A model generated the notes under the pieces. The model was given only the letters and a program-made list of their open reading frames with translations, was not told the DNA's origin and did not search any database. A program made the position numbers and the translations under genes. 64,000 bases of DNA, from NCBI GenBank assembly GCA_010015585.1, contig ML975149.1, one strand, 5' to 3'. Positions 1 through 13,766 of the stretch are shown here, piece by piece (position 1 is the first letter of the stretch; the number at the start of each line of letters is the position of its first letter). This DNA comes from Eremomyces bilateralis CBS 781.70 (lineage: Eukaryota).

Positions 1-788
1 GAGGGACGTTGTAATCTGGGGGGGATGAGATGTCGAGGTGGGCATCTTTGCCGGGCTTCTCGATGTTCTCCGAGGAGAGGAGGGCGATGATCCAGGGGAG
101 CATCTTGTATTCGTCGGAGAGTTTGAGAGCTGGTCGAGAGCGTCAGTATATTGGATCTGCGTTAGATGCGCGTCGTGGGGATGGCTTACCATCTAGTGGA
201 GAAATCCAGACGTTTCCGGCAACCTCGCTGGGACCAGCAGACTTCAGGCTCTTATGGTGAAATCGCTCTGTGGTCTCCTCTTGCACGGAAGCCCAGGGGA
301 AAGCTGCCTTGAACATTCCCGTCGCGCTGATGAATCCATCGCTGCTTCGTCTCTGTATCATTTCCGTTAGCCCATGACCTTAATTCCCACACGCGACATC
401 AAAGCGCGTCATTTCGTGGGGTTCGATTGCGCAAGCGAGGGGTATCCTACCATCAAAAAATACGATTCCGGGTATGTCTGGTTTTTCGCCGTGAAAATGC
501 CCGAGCCCTTGAGGTCCTTCGGCAGGGGCACGCGCAAATGCGCGTAGTCGAACTTCCCCAGGTTCTCCGCATTCGACGCGTTGGCGACGCCGGCCTGACC
601 CGGTTTGACGGAGAGATCGGTCTGGCCGAGTTTGCGACGTTCGGTCAAAATCTCCTCTGCGATGCGGATTAGGTTAGTTGCGAGGCTGCGACGCGCTGGA
701 GTTCGGGCGAAGGACACGTACGAGGAGGAGTATGCTCAGCATCGACCAACGGGTTGCGCTTCTCGGGCAAGTCGCGCTTTGGAGCCAT
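1..788 (-). CDS. APSES/KilA-N domain protein, Bqt4-like (3' end runs off the window; introns)
   Basis: ATG at 788 ([14 protein letters not shown]), GTACGT donor at 721; spliced exons give [11 protein letters not shown]...[25 protein letters not shown]...[10 protein letters not shown], typical of the fungal Bqt4-like KilA-N domain. Confidence 0.75.
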
Positions 789-1987
789 TGGGAAGATTGT
801 GCGACACGAGGATGATTGCTATCCTTGACAATAGGAGCGCGGACGCTGAGGGGGATTGAAACGGGTCGGAGACGGCGAGCAGCGCGTGCGCAGACTGGCG
901 AATGAGACGAGACCAGCGCAGCAACGTATTAACCACTATATGAAAGGGTTGAGAAGAGAGGTGGTGCAACAGGCAATGATAAGACAATGCAAAGACAATG
1001 AAATTGCGATGCGATAAGCGAGTAAGAGAACAGAAATCTGCGCGGTATGCGACAGAAGGAAAATGGGAGGTGGTCGAATGGGGGGGACCGGGATTGGGGG
1101 GAAGTAGTATGGAGGTTCAGGGACGGGAAGGAGTAATAAGGAGAGATGGGGAGGAGCTCCAAGACAAGAAGGAGCGCAAAGTGCGTGTGAGAGCAGTAAA
1201 GTCAGCACGACAGAACCAAAGAATGAGCACAGAGAGGTGTAATGGAGCTGAACGGCCAGTCGGGGAAAGTGAGATGGACCCTGGGATGGGATGGGGGAGG
1301 GAGGGCTTGGCCATGCGAAGAATTCATTTTGATTTTCGGGACCGTTTTGGCGTAATTGGATGGCTGGTCCAATCAGAGGCCGCTCGCATCACACATTCAC
1401 AGTCGACCGTAGACTCGCAGAGGAGGATTTGAGGTGAAGGATGAAGTCACATGACGGCCATTTGATTGACATTGAATTAACTAAATAATTAATTGATTTT
1501 ACACTGTGGGATCACTTGGAGTTTGGAGGAGACGGTATCGAAAAGAAGTGAATTCAAATACGCCATCCAATGGTTGGACAGGAGAATACACTAGCAATTT
1601 AGCGTTGGAAAGAAATGGCACATGTTGATTTAACTGGCTGAACTTAGGTCGAATATTGACACTAAGCTTGTTACTAAGACAGTGCCCGACCCTCAAGTGA
1701 ATGTCCATTTCGGTTTCGGGGACTCGTCAGGAATTCCGGACTGAAGGACTAATTTGATTAATATAATCAGGCATCCAAGAACTGAAACTACCATAAGGCA
1801 ACTACACGCAACCGGAGCCACCTCCACTCAGCCACGCTGGCCACAGTCCACACAGCAACCCCACACTGCTAAACATCCCACCACACCACCTTCAGAGCTC
1901 GCTTCCATTGATGTTTACACCGCTTTCCACCCCTCTCCTCCTCCCTACATACCACCCCTCAATTGTCTTTCCCATCAATTGCCCACC

Positions 1988-2829
1988 ATGCCCGACAATC
2001 TGCAACACGACATCGCCGACGATGAGCTCCAACCCGAAGAAACCCCTAAATTCAAGGTTGGAGAGAAGAAGACCCTGGATGAATACCAGAAGCTTGGTAC
2101 GACCTCACCTCTTCTTCAGCGTTCAACCACCACCCATCCGCTCCCAACAACCCCCCCACAACCCCAATCATGACTGACGAATCCCAAATCCAGACGAAGA
2201 TGACCCGGCCATGCGCAAATGGAAAGAGTCCTTAGGTCTCGGCACGGGGACCGACCTCTCCGACCCCAAAGACCCCCGCACCGTCATCATTTTCTCACTG
2301 GGCTTGGAAGTCGAGGGACGTCCAGATATCATCATCAATTTGACTGAACCCAAGGCACTGGAAAATCTCAAGAACAAGCCGTTCGTGATCAAGGAGGGGG
2401 CGACGTTTCGGATGAAGGTCCGTTTCAAGGTTCAGCATCAGATCTTGTCCGGGTTGAAGTACGTGCAGGTGGTCAAGAAGGTGGGGGTGAGCAACAAGTT
2501 GGAGGAGATGATTGTGAGTGGCTATATGAACAAGATGTTTGTCATGGAGATGTTCTAACCTAGCATAGGGATCTTATAGCCCCAATACCACGGACAGGAC
2601 AGAGTATGAGAAGAAATGTTGGTTCCCCACCTGCTATACTATACTGTTGTTGAGCAAGGAAAGCTGATATACCTTAGTCGAACCCATTACCGCGCCATCC
2701 ACAATGGCCAAGGGGCTCCGCATGTTCGTCAACGATCACTATGATGCCGTCTCCAAATTCATCGACGACGACAACCAAACCCACCTGAAATTCCAGTGGT
2801 CGTTCGATATCAAGAAGGACTGGCAATGA
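1988..2829 (+). CDS. RDI1: Rho GDP-dissociation inhibitor (4 exons)
   Basis: MPDNLQHD...FKVGEKKTLDEYQKL, MRKWKESLGLG, PFVIKEGATFRMKVRFKVQHQILSGLKYVQ, SKFIDDDNQTHLKFQWSFDIKKDWQ*. Confidence 0.95.
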
Positions 2830-3353
2830 TGGAAGAGGGCCTACAAAGGTTGCTCATGACGGAGAACATGCAAATGATGTTGAATGACTTGAATGATCAT
2901 CGAGAGCGAGGAATAGGTTATGATGGAAGAGAGGAACGACAATGATGTCTTGAGTAGTTGGGGATGATTCATGATTCTGGCTCTGACATGGCTGTCTGGC
3001 CGTCAATCCTGACTGAATATGGGGAGTATTACAAGCAGATGCTTGCAATCAGAACTGAAGGCCTGTCAAACCATGTGCCCTTCTTTCTCAGAAGGCTTTT
3101 GGACACTGGCATGACTCCTTTCATCACCATTCAATATCGGGTATCATCAGTGCTCTTACTATCACGTTTTCTTGTGCCGTGATTGAGAATTAAATCCACT
3201 GCTTTCTCACCTTTCCCCAGAACTTCCCTTGATTCGTTAACATTCCAGAAGCCTGTCTCTCTGAAAACAATCAAAGCTTCACACTTGGGCAAATCCCGGT
3301 CTACTCTCCTATCCCAATATCATCCAAGACCATCAATATCTACAGTCTGCAGG

Positions 3354-4173
3354 ATGATTGTATTCCTCCTTCTCTTCATCGCAATATTCGGCAACCTCGC
3401 CTTTGCACAAGTGCCCCGAGTCAGCACTGATCCCAACGACTTCGACATTGTCCCGCTCACCAGCACGGATGGCGGCAACTACACTCTCGGTCCGGCCATG
3501 TAAGGGATTCATCCCACACCAACATTCTGACCTGGTGCTTACTCTGCGTCTAGGTAGACTGGTCAGATATCCAAGAATGGACCCAATGTCACTCTCTACG
3601 GCAAGTCCGTGACCGATATCTTCCAGTACATTGATGATCAGAACCCCCCACTATAAGCTGGATTTCGCGGACACGGTCGGCCGACTTACGGGACTGGACA
3701 TGGAACGGAGCACAGCCAACTCGAACTATGATCCTGTTGTATGTCACAAGTCGCCCAACGTCCACAGGTAAAAAAAGTTAACCCCCCGTGACCAGAACCC
3801 CGACGACCTCCTCCCCCACTGCGGACCCCTGGTGCCCGGCCAATGTCGGATCGGTGGCAACCCCTACGCATGGAAGGAAGCCATCCCCTACCTGCAGTCC
3901 CGCATGAACTACATCTACATGTCCGAGGGCTGCAAAGGCTTCTGCTACCGCATCAGCTGCTGCTGGGACACGGGGATCTACCTGTGCAACGACAAAGACG
4001 ATGCCCAATACATCCACGCGCGATATCTCGGTTTCCTGCTGCAGTTCCTACGCGATCGCGGGTGCCCGAGCGGAGACAAGCATCAGGAGCAGCCGTGGAG
4101 TCAGGTGTATCATAAGCTGTGGATGTTCTGGCTTTCGATCTGTGCGACGACTGTGTGGGATGGGCTTTGCTGA
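3354..4173 (+). pseudogene. Disrupted small secreted cysteine-rich protein gene
   Basis: Signal peptide MIVFLLLFIAIFGNLAFA; intron 3500-3553; then in-frame TAG at 3555-3557, +1 frameshift in the C6 run 3644-3649 and TAA at 3769-3771; Cys-rich C-terminal part CYRISCCWDTGIYLCND. Confidence 0.65.
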
Positions 4174-4480
4174 GAGATGATGGGTCGAGGGAAGAGAGTG
4201 AGGGGCTTGCACACTGGATTTTCATGGATAGTGCTGAAAAGGATTCTAAGACGAAGGCAGGTTAGCATAGGTACCTTGAGGAATATTGCAACTGTTGGGG
4301 TTACATAGATACCAGACAGGGCATCAATTACGAACATGAGAATTCTCTTATATTTACAAATTGAGTTTTATCCTATCCATCATCCCGTGACATGTATCTC
4401 CAAACAAACGCCTCGCAATGCACAAGTACCCAGTTCTAAACCCACATGGTATCTCATATCGTCTCTCTCACGAAAGTCTC

Positions 4481-5622
4481 TCACAAGAAATACTCCGTCT
4501 GCACCTCCTTCCCCTGCTGCTGCTGCTCCGCTCGATGCACATCATTTTCCGGCGCCGCCTCAAACACATTGAAGAACCGCTCTCCGGTATCGCTCACCTC
4601 CAACACGCTCGCCAAGTTCCCGCATCGGTAGCAATAATTCGGCGCGCTCCACACCGTACTCAACCGATCGTCGTACAGCACCTGATACCCCTCCTGACAC
4701 AGCTGATGCGCGCGCAGGATGTGGCTCATGTTGTTCACCTCCAGGAACTTCTTCACCACCTGCGCGCCGAACGTATACCCCGCGCCTCTCGGGCTCAGCG
4801 AGAACTCATCCCGCTCCGCGTCCGGATCCGACCACACTAGATCGGCCATCGGCCCCTCGTGCGGGATCTCCCGGAAGCGGTCAATGATCTTGATCTGATC
4901 GATGGAGTGGATGCTGGGGCTCAGGCCGCCGTGCACGCAGAAGATCTGGTCGTTGATGACGACGGAGAGTGTGAGGAAGTCGAACATGTCGGTGAAGTAG
5001 TGCCATACGTTGGCGTTCCCATATTTGCGGGAGCATTCGGTGTAGAAGCCGTAGGATTGGGTGACGCCGCGGGACTCGTGGTTACCGCGGATGAGGTGCA
5101 CGCGATGGGGGTAGCGGAGTTTGAGGCATACAAGGAGGGAGATGGTTTCGACGCTGAAGAGGCCGCGGTCGACGTAGTCGCCTTCACGCAATAATTTGTC
5201 AGCCGCTGGGTGCCGCGACGGGAGTCAGATGGGAACGCTTACCGAGGAACAGGTAATTGGTATCCGGACAAAAGCCTCCAATCCGGAAGATCTCAATCAT
5301 GTCGAAGAACTGCCCGTGGATGTCGCCCACTACAGTGACGGGCGCGGCAATGTGCACCACGTTGCTCTCCTTCATGAGCAGCTCTTTCGTCTTCGCGCAT
5401 ATTGCCTCGATAACCGAATCCGCAAGCAACTCTTTTTTGTATAGCCGCGAAATGCACTCGTCAAGGTCCACGGTGGCTATTTAGACGTATAAGTTAGCTT
5501 CTTAGTCTCCAAATGCTGCCACTGCCAAGAACATCATCCATCTCCCCATGAGATGAGTCCAGCGCACAAATTCCGGACAGCACCTCGAGTCAGAGAAAGG
5601 TCATACCAGGTAATCCCGGCAT
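4481..5622 (-). CDS. PPG1: PP2A-family Ser/Thr protein phosphatase catalytic subunit PPG1 (3 exons)
   Basis: MPGLP/...[44 protein letters not shown] motifs; C-terminal EYFL. Confidence 0.92.
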
Positions 5623-7093
5623 CGTAACAATATTTCCACCAACGCTCGCTCAGCGTGGGTATATACGTGCTGAACTATCAGCGAGGACGATGCCTCCGAA
5701 AACGAAAGGTAAGGAGGGTATGCTCGCCGCGGCGTTGTGGAGCGAAGCGCTCATGTTCGTGTATGTACGTCAACAGACCAAGGAGCGCATGCTGGAGAAA
5801 GACATGTGGATTGGACTGCTGCAGTGCAAAGAGAAGCTAAGAATGGAGGTTGGTGACCAACATATTCGCAGCAGGAGTGGTGGGTGTGGACGTTGACTTG
5901 GTCGAGACATCAAAGATCATGGAGTGCAGCATCATCGTATTATTATGGAGTCTTTGGAGGCGGGAGAGAGTTAGCGCTGTGATTGGCCGATAAATACCCC
6001 TGGCTTACTAATTCCCGCAAGAGACCAGGGAGCTTCGACAACACTCTCTGCTCAGGACGATGAACATAGTACAAATTCAACTGAGTGCCATATGAAGATG
6101 AGTTAACGCATACTAGAACGGATTCTGTTCGAGAACGAGTCTCTTTTCACACATACATCTCCAAAGTCCTAACACACAATGTTTAACCAATCACTGGAAA
6201 TATCTGTTGGCCAATCAGCGTGTCCTGTCGAGTACCCTCATTTCGCTCCTCTGTCTTGAGTATGCTCCATTATGTCTACAAGTTCATCATTTTATGCTAG
6301 ATAGCAAGGGATTCGGGATATCAAAGGTTTCATTAAGTCCATGAGTATATCGTACTATGTAGAATAGAAGAATTGCAGGCTCCAAAGCCGTGCAAGAGAA
6401 GATGGGTATTGGTTGGTGCTGGACCCCTTCGGCATAACTTCGGGAATCGCATATCTCGGACCCAACACCTCAGGGAGCCCACTCAGCCCAGCTGCCGTCC
6501 AGGGCACGGTCCCTGAAGCCCAAAGTTGTGAATCTTCAGTTCCAGGTCATCAATGTTGTTTCGATAATTCAATCACTGCTTGGTCTAATACCCTACCTAT
6601 GTCAAACCTCTTTGTCTTCTCCTATCCTCTCATCGCCATGCTTTCCCAACAACATCCATCCTATTCTGCACCCGAAATATCCTAAGCCTCACGTCCCTCC
6701 ATCAAAGCAGACAGGAAAGGGATCGGGTATCAACCCCGTTGTTTGCTCTCAGCTCCTCTACTTGCTTGGTCATCTCCCTCTCAGCCATCCGTTGACTTTC
6801 TGAACCCATCCCCAACTTTTCGATCATCGCGCACTTCCGATTTTTGGATGGTGCTTCTCCGCCCTGTCGACAGCTGGATCCGGGAAGGGTGACCGGGGGT
6901 CGCCTTGACGACGGCGCTGGCGAAGCGAAGGGTTTCCAACTAACCAAACCCCGATTGAGAGAACGCAAGACGGAGAATATCAGCTTTGAGTCTTTTGATT
7001 CGGATCTGCTTTCGCCTTGATTGACGAAGTTGTTATCTATTGCGGAAGCAGAATTTCCTTGCGTCCAGAGAGCCGTCTGCTTACCCACCTCCC

Positions 7094-7150
7094 TTGCCTA
7101 CACACATCTCATTGCCTACACCTATCCCGTTGCGTACACATATCCCATTG
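7094..7150 (+). repeat. Three imperfect 18-bp tandem repeats (TTGCCTACACMYATCYCR-like) upstream of the PQ-rich gene
   Basis: ttgcctacacacatctca / ttgcctacacctatcccg / ttgcgtacacatatccca. Confidence 0.7.
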
Positions 7151-7324
7151 ATTACCAGTCGGAGTACGAGCCAGGAACTGGAAATACTACCTTGCATCCC
7201 CGTCGTTGCCTACATCGTAATATTTTCACCTTCTCACCTCTTCCTTCAATCTCATCTCCTATCACCTCTCCTGTCTACAACTCTTTTCCGAACAAGGACG
7301 CGAGCTACCGTCATCAAGATTTAA

Positions 7325-9729
7325 ATGAGCGGACCACCATATGGGCAGCCTCCATATGGAGGGCCTTCCAACTATGAGCAACCGTACGGTTCAAGCCCGA
7401 CGCAACAGTATGGGCCGCCTCAGTACCCCCCATCCAATCAGCAGCGAGGGCCTCCTTACCGCGGGCCGCCAAAGTAAGTCATTTCAATCTAACGCATTTC
7501 ACTGCGTGCAGAGAATGAAAGAGTCTTGTATCAAAATCTGAGATGACCTTTTGGACCATATCCTAACAGTTTTAGTCACCATCAAGCCAAGCGGCAAAAG
7601 GGGAACGCAGTGGTGACTCGGTACCCTCCTCCGCCGAACTATCGGCAACAGCCGGGTCAGCAGAATATGCCTTTCAATCAGAATCAACATCCGTCTCCCA
7701 CTGGACCCTATCCACCAAATGGATTCCCTCCGCAACAGCAACCTCCCCAAGGTTACCCACCTCAAGGGTACCAGCCGCCGCAAACTCCTCAAAACCAAGG
7801 ATATGGCCCTCCGCCGCCACAAGGGTATCCCCAACCACCGCCACAGCCGCCATACCAGCAGCCACCCAATTATCAGCAGAACCAAGGATACCCTCCGCCG
7901 CCTCAGCAGTATCCTCCACCGCCTAATCCTCCCCAACCTAATTACCCTTCCTCTCAGCAATACCCGCCTCAGCAGTATCCGCCTCAACAGGGATATCCGC
8001 CTCAGCAAGGGTACCAGCAACCTCCGCCTGCCAATCCTGGGTTTCAAGGTCCGCCAAATCAATATCCGCCTCAGCAACAGTACCCCGGTCCATATCAGCC
8101 ACAGCAAGGCTTCCAGGGACAGCAAGGAGCTCCTAATTATCCTCCTCAACAAGGACAATATCCTCCACGTCTAGGTCCGACATCGAAGACATGGCCTCCA
8201 CCGGGTTACAAGGCCCCGCCCTCAGATCCGCAGGCCCAACGTCAAGGTTCTCATGGAAATTTTGGTCAAGGTCTAGACCCTACTCAACGACAGGCCAGCG
8301 GAACTCCATCAGCAACGCCAGCTGAGTCTACAGTCGGCCAGAACCGTCCGCCAAGCCCTCCGGCTTATGTTAACAAGAGTATCTACTCGGACGAGGACGA
8401 TTGGAATCTTGACTTTGATGGGGCTTTATGGCCCAAGGCAACCGATCCCATCAATAATGAATTTAGCATTGGGATTACTGGTATGACCGAAAGTGGACAA
8501 TCTAGGGATTTGAGCTAATTTATGATCCAGTATGGCACCCTCCGAAGCTGGTAACGCGAGCCTTGCCGGCCACGTATGCGGAGTGCGAGCTTCTGAACAA
8601 GCGTCCAAATGATCCACCGTTGGAGAATGGGAACTCTATCTCAACCTACTTCACTCTCAGCAATTCTTGGAATGCGTTCCTCAATATCCGACAGACGGAC
8701 GACTGGGAGCACATGGCGGAAGACCCGATCTTTAGAGAATTCCCCGATCAGGGCGAGCTCATTCACATGGATGAGGTCCGTCAACAATGGCGGAATCGAC
8801 CTGCTCTCGCCGATGACAAGAAAGACGTACCCATGGTAGATGCTGGACGTACTGAAGAGGGCGAGGTGGCGGATGATAACCGAAATAAGGCCTGGAATGT
8901 GATGGATAACCTAGAGCAAGCTCTTTTCGGAGAGGATTCGTCCAAAGCTCGCGACAAGCAGTCCCAAGACATTTCCGCCTACAGTCCGCCTGCATCAACC
9001 CCTATCATTCCACATATGCGGAACGGTGTGGCTCAGGAAGTCTTTTCTGAGAGAAGACACAATGGCTCACCGAAGGCTGGTTATCCAACGCCCCGTCCTT
9101 ATGGCCGTTCATCCAGTCGGAACGGGTCATCAGACAGGTATGAATTGAATGTTCGCTTTCCATTTGCATGCAAACTAATCGATGATCCAGGCGTTCATCC
9201 AGTTACCACCATAAGCCACCCTCGGACTTCCATTCTAATAAGAACATGCACGGTTACAATCATCATGCCGGACCTGGGGCAAATCGATCACCACCAAGAG
9301 CTTCGCCACCCCGCCGACCCTCTCCTTTCCTCGATGCCTGGTCTACTGACACCGGCGATGGAGCAAATGGCCACGGACCATTCCACAGTGCCGACTCTCC
9401 TCGATCCGTCAACAGTAACCGCACTCAAATCGGTTCTGATTTCGCCGACCCAGCCGACCCAAACACCCAGCTCGTCGGGGAATCGCAAGCCGCGACTCTG
9501 GGCGTGGAAAAGACCCGACACCGTGATTATCCGCGGTCGCACAGCGGTTCAAGGAAACGGAGCTATGCGGACACGGACTTCGCGAGGGAGACGCAGGACT
9601 CGGACCGGCATCGGCAGAGCGAAGATCCATCCCGGTCGAGGAAGAGGCCGTCCCGAGCCGCCGCAGCTTACGGGTGAGTAATTTCGCATTTGCAGTGGAC
9701 GTTATTTAATGCCTCGTAGGAGACGGTAA
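7325..9729 (+). CDS. Uncharacterised protein with P/Q/Y/G-rich low-complexity N-terminus and a central globular-looking segment (about 5 exons)
   Basis: ATG 7325 ([13 protein letters not shown]), intron at about 7473-7575 joins ORF 7610-8518, next intron joins 8563 ORF ([37 protein letters not shown]); ends AAAAYG/RR* at 9729. Confidence 0.75.
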
Positions 9730-10714
9730 TTCCGCGTTCATACCCAGTCCAAGTCTTGAGCCGTCATTGCACTCATATATCTTCTACGCCCGTTGCACAG
9801 AGCTTAAAGCCACCACCCTTCGTCATACATGGGGCTTCAATACCGCACTAACGTTCTCCAAACCATCGAATTTTCTTGACGGCCACAAAATCGCGAGGAG
9901 TACCAGTGTCAACTCGCTGATCACTCGACACGCCTCCGCCGGAGTAGGAGCCGTTCAAGTTCATATCGTTGACAATTTTGAGAGTCACCGTCGATTTTCT
10001 CCACAGCCGATTCGATTCATCAGCGCAACCGCGCCTTGGAAAAGTCTTGCTCATTCAGGGAGGAGTTCATTTTGCACGTTACCGAGCATAGCATAGCCCA
10101 ACGTTTTCCTTTCTATTTGCTTTTTCAAGGCCACACCGCCGAAGTCACTGCCGTATCATGGCGTTTTCTACCACATTTGCAAGACTCTGAGTTCAAGGGA
10201 AGAAGAACAAGTCGAGGATATGCCTTGGGGCGTTTTCAGGGAGTTTGGAGAAGACGGATGTTTTCCCTGTCCAGATGAATTTTGCCCGTCTTCACCACCT
10301 TATTCATGTATCGTCTTTAGTCAAGAAAATTGCCTCGTTTGCCTTGCAATTTTGAGTCAACGATCCATATTCCTACAATGCTCCGGTGCCAGGATATTAT
10401 CTCACAGTCAAGCCAATCATCTCTTATTGCAAGCCACAATCCGGAATTGCCAGCCATTTTCTCCAACAAATTCGCCATCAAAGGAGAGTCTCATCCTGCA
10501 AAATGCTTCCATCCCCAAGTCATTCAGATCAGAGTGCGACTATGTGCGGACAATTCATTTAAAATCCAGGTGGATTGTCGTTGAAGCTGGGGATATAGCA
10601 GTGCGAGCAGAACATAAAAACAGGTAGGTGATGCGGACTGACGGAAGTCCATCATGTGCTCGCTTCTTTGATTCTCGGATATGCTCGCTATCATTGAGCC
10701 TATGCATCCTTAAT

Positions 10715-13272
10715 TTATGCCGAAGGTCGTAAAGCCGCCGATTCATCATCCGTGCCCTCATCCTCCTCGTCCTCCTCGCTCTCCTCCTCCGTTTCCTCCT
10801 CACTACTCTCCTCCTCCGTCTCCTCACTTCCGTCACTTTCCTCATCCTCTTCCTCCTCATCTTCCGCCAACCAATCATCCAAAGTCTTCTCCCTCCACCC
10901 ATTCGCCCTCCCAGTCCCCCTCTCCTCTTCCAGCGCCCGGTCAAGCCTCTCGCTCGCTGGCACCTCTTTCTTCACTTCATACCTTCCCGCCCCGCCTTCA
11001 CCCCGCACCGTCGCGATTGGCTGCTCCCCCTCCCGCACCCACTCTGGCAGCGGTTCGTATCCTCGGAACCCGCCCGCGGCGACCTCGTCGCCGACGACGA
11101 GGCTGGCAGACCCGATCGCGTAGCCGCGGCGGGACTCGGAGGGGCTGGGGATTTGGGGGACAGGTTTCGGGGCAAGGAGGAGGAGGGAAGCGAGGTCAGT
11201 GGAGGTGGGGATAGCGAGGAGTGATTTGTAGACGCGGAGGCGGTCGCGGAGGTCGTAGGAGGTGTCATAGCGGGCGAGGAGTTGGACGTATTGCCAGAGG
11301 AGGACGATCGGGTGAGATTCATCGATGGGGATGTTCGGAGGTGATCGCGTTTCCATGTCGCTATCTGCGGCTTCATCCTTTTGAGAGCCATTTAGGTCTT
11401 CTTCTGTTTCTCGCGCCGACTTTTGCGTCGCGTTTTGGACATTTAGGTAATGTAGATACACCTTCGCGGCCAGTAGAACGATCTGCCGCTTCGCCTGCTC
11501 GCTCTCGTCGGCGAAGTTCCGCACCAGGATCCGCAGCACGTCCGGCGCCATGCCGTCCTCCGCCTCCGGCGCGGCGAACTCGCCCACCAGCCAAATGATG
11601 GATGCGCGCGCCTGCGGGTTGGTGATGCTGTCCAGATTCTTCGCCAGGCGGACCACCGTGTGCGTGTGCGACAGCGGATCGCGCTGGATCAGCTGCCGGA
11701 CGACTTGTAGCGATTCGGCGACGACCAGCGGGTCGGGGGAGGACACGCGGTCGAGGAGCAGGTGAAGGCAGCGGCGGCTCGTCGGTTCGTCGGAGGTCTG
11801 CGCGCAGCGGCCAATGGCGCGGACGGCTTCTTGCACGAGGGTGGGGTCCTGGCTGGCGGAGAAATGGGCCAGCTCGGCGAGAATGAGGCCGGCAATGTGG
11901 GGCGGGGCGTGCGGGAAGATCAAGGTGAGGAGTTCGAGTTTCGAGCGGCGGATCGCAGGGGGTTCGGAGAGGCGGATGAGGAAGTGGGATGCGTATTGGA
12001 CGAAGGGCTTGGGGTAGATTAAGCAGACCTGCACAATGTTATGTAAGGCGACCAATTGAATGTCTTGTGGTGAGCGCAGGAGTGCTATTAGTGGACCGAC
12101 GGCCAACTCGAGGTATGTAGGCGTGCCGAGATAGAGGAAGCAGCTGGTAACGGCGATGATGACGGCGGAGCTGCGATTGTGGAGAAGGGGTTGGGCGGCG
12201 CGGAGGAGGAGGTCGAGATCCGGGTCGAGGATGATGGCCTCTTCGAAATCTCCTTCGCCTCCGTCTCCCTCGTCCTGGTCCTCCCTCGTCTCCTCGTCGT
12301 CATAGAAGCTGTCAGGATCCTTCCCCTTCCCTTTCTTCTCCGCCCCACCCTTCCGTATCCGCTTCGTCCGACGCGGAAAACACCGCCGACAGTAGCCCAA
12401 CATGACCTTCAAGAATGCGAGCTGCCCCCACTCATCCATATCGACCATCTGTCTCACCAGCTTCCGATAATACGGGTGCAACAGATCGATCCGATCCGCC
12501 CAGCACTCCGCATACGCCTGCACCGCCGCACCCGCCACGAAGTACTGCTTATCCCCAAGCAACCGCACCAGCCCCTCCACCAACTCCGGTTCCAGTGCCG
12601 GGTCCAGCCGATAGGCCTTCGGGATGGCCAGCGCAGCAGCCCGCCGCACGTAGGGGCTCATGTCCTGCACGCCGCGCTTGATGGCCAGCAGGACGATCTG
12701 GGAGATGGCGGGGACGCGGATGGAGGACATGGTGCGGAGGGCGAGAGAGCGTAAGGGGGGAGCGCTGTCGGAGAGGGATTTCTGGAGGGTGTTGATGGCG
12801 AGGAGGGCGGTGTCGGGGTGGGAGGGGGCGAGCTGGATGAGGATGTGGGCGACGAGTTTGCGGACGGTGGGGAAGGGGAGGGAGAGGGTCTTGAGGGCGT
12901 GGGTGAAGTATGGGGAGATGGATTGGGAGGTGTAGGTGAGCTGCCATATTGTATTTATTAGCCATGGCTCCACACGGTCGTCTCGCCTTTTGAATCTCAA
13001 GGAGCCAACTCAGCGTATGGAGCGTCGTACAGCGACCAGCCGCCGCAATCCTTCCAAGACATCTCGCTCTAACCGGCTGTCCAAGAGAGCTTTGAGTTTC
13101 TGGGCCGGTATAGGCCTTGCGGTCCCTTTTTTAGCGGCACTGGCGTCACGAGCGGCTTCGAGAGTAAGATCGCGGGCTTCATGAGGTTGTATATTAGCAC
13201 CTCTCCAGCGACATCGCAAGCGCATTACGTACCCGTCTCGAGCAAGCTCGATATTCTCGAGATAGACTCCAT
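10715..13272 (-). CDS. APL6: AP-3 adaptor complex beta subunit
   Basis: MESISRISSLLET start; adaptin-N motifs LLAINTLQKSLSD, LALRTMSSIRVP, DMSPYVRRAAALAIPK, DEWGQL, ARYDTSYDLRDR; acidic tail. Confidence 0.92.
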
Positions 13273-13766
13273 TTCCTATGAATCCTCCGCTCGGCCCCCA
13301 AGGCCTATTATCGAAACCAATTAAAAAATAAAGTCAGGTTTCAAAAGCAGTCATTATTTGCTTGAGCCTGAAGATCTACAATGAACTGGAGGTTGAAGTC
13401 GAGCTGCCCCACATGGAGATGGTGCGGTTCCCACTCAGACGTCGATGTCGACATTAAGTCATTCTCCAGTTCGGATATCAGCAGAACACCGCTAATATTA
13501 TATTGATGAAAAGCCATAATCCTCATAGGAGTTGTATATTGAAGGATCTCGTTTGAAAATCGTGACAAAGTTCTTCCTAGAGATAGCCCTTCAGCCTCCT
13601 TCCTAAACAAATATGCAGCGCAAGAAGATAAATGCAATGTCCATATGGAATTGTTAGATGCCTTTGATTTGGACTCTTCCTCCACCTTTCCCATTTTTTT
13701 CATAATCAAAGTTCTTCAAATTACTTCAAATGGCTTCATTTCCCCTTCTCACGTCCATCACCAGCC

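Noticed and set aside
7499..8158. 219-aa minus-strand Leu/Arg-rich ORF
   Set aside because: Antisense shadow of the PQY repeat exon
9767..10627. ORFs of 68-135 aa between the PQ-rich gene and APL6
   Set aside because: Mostly non-ATG starts and no motifs; probably convergent 3'UTRs
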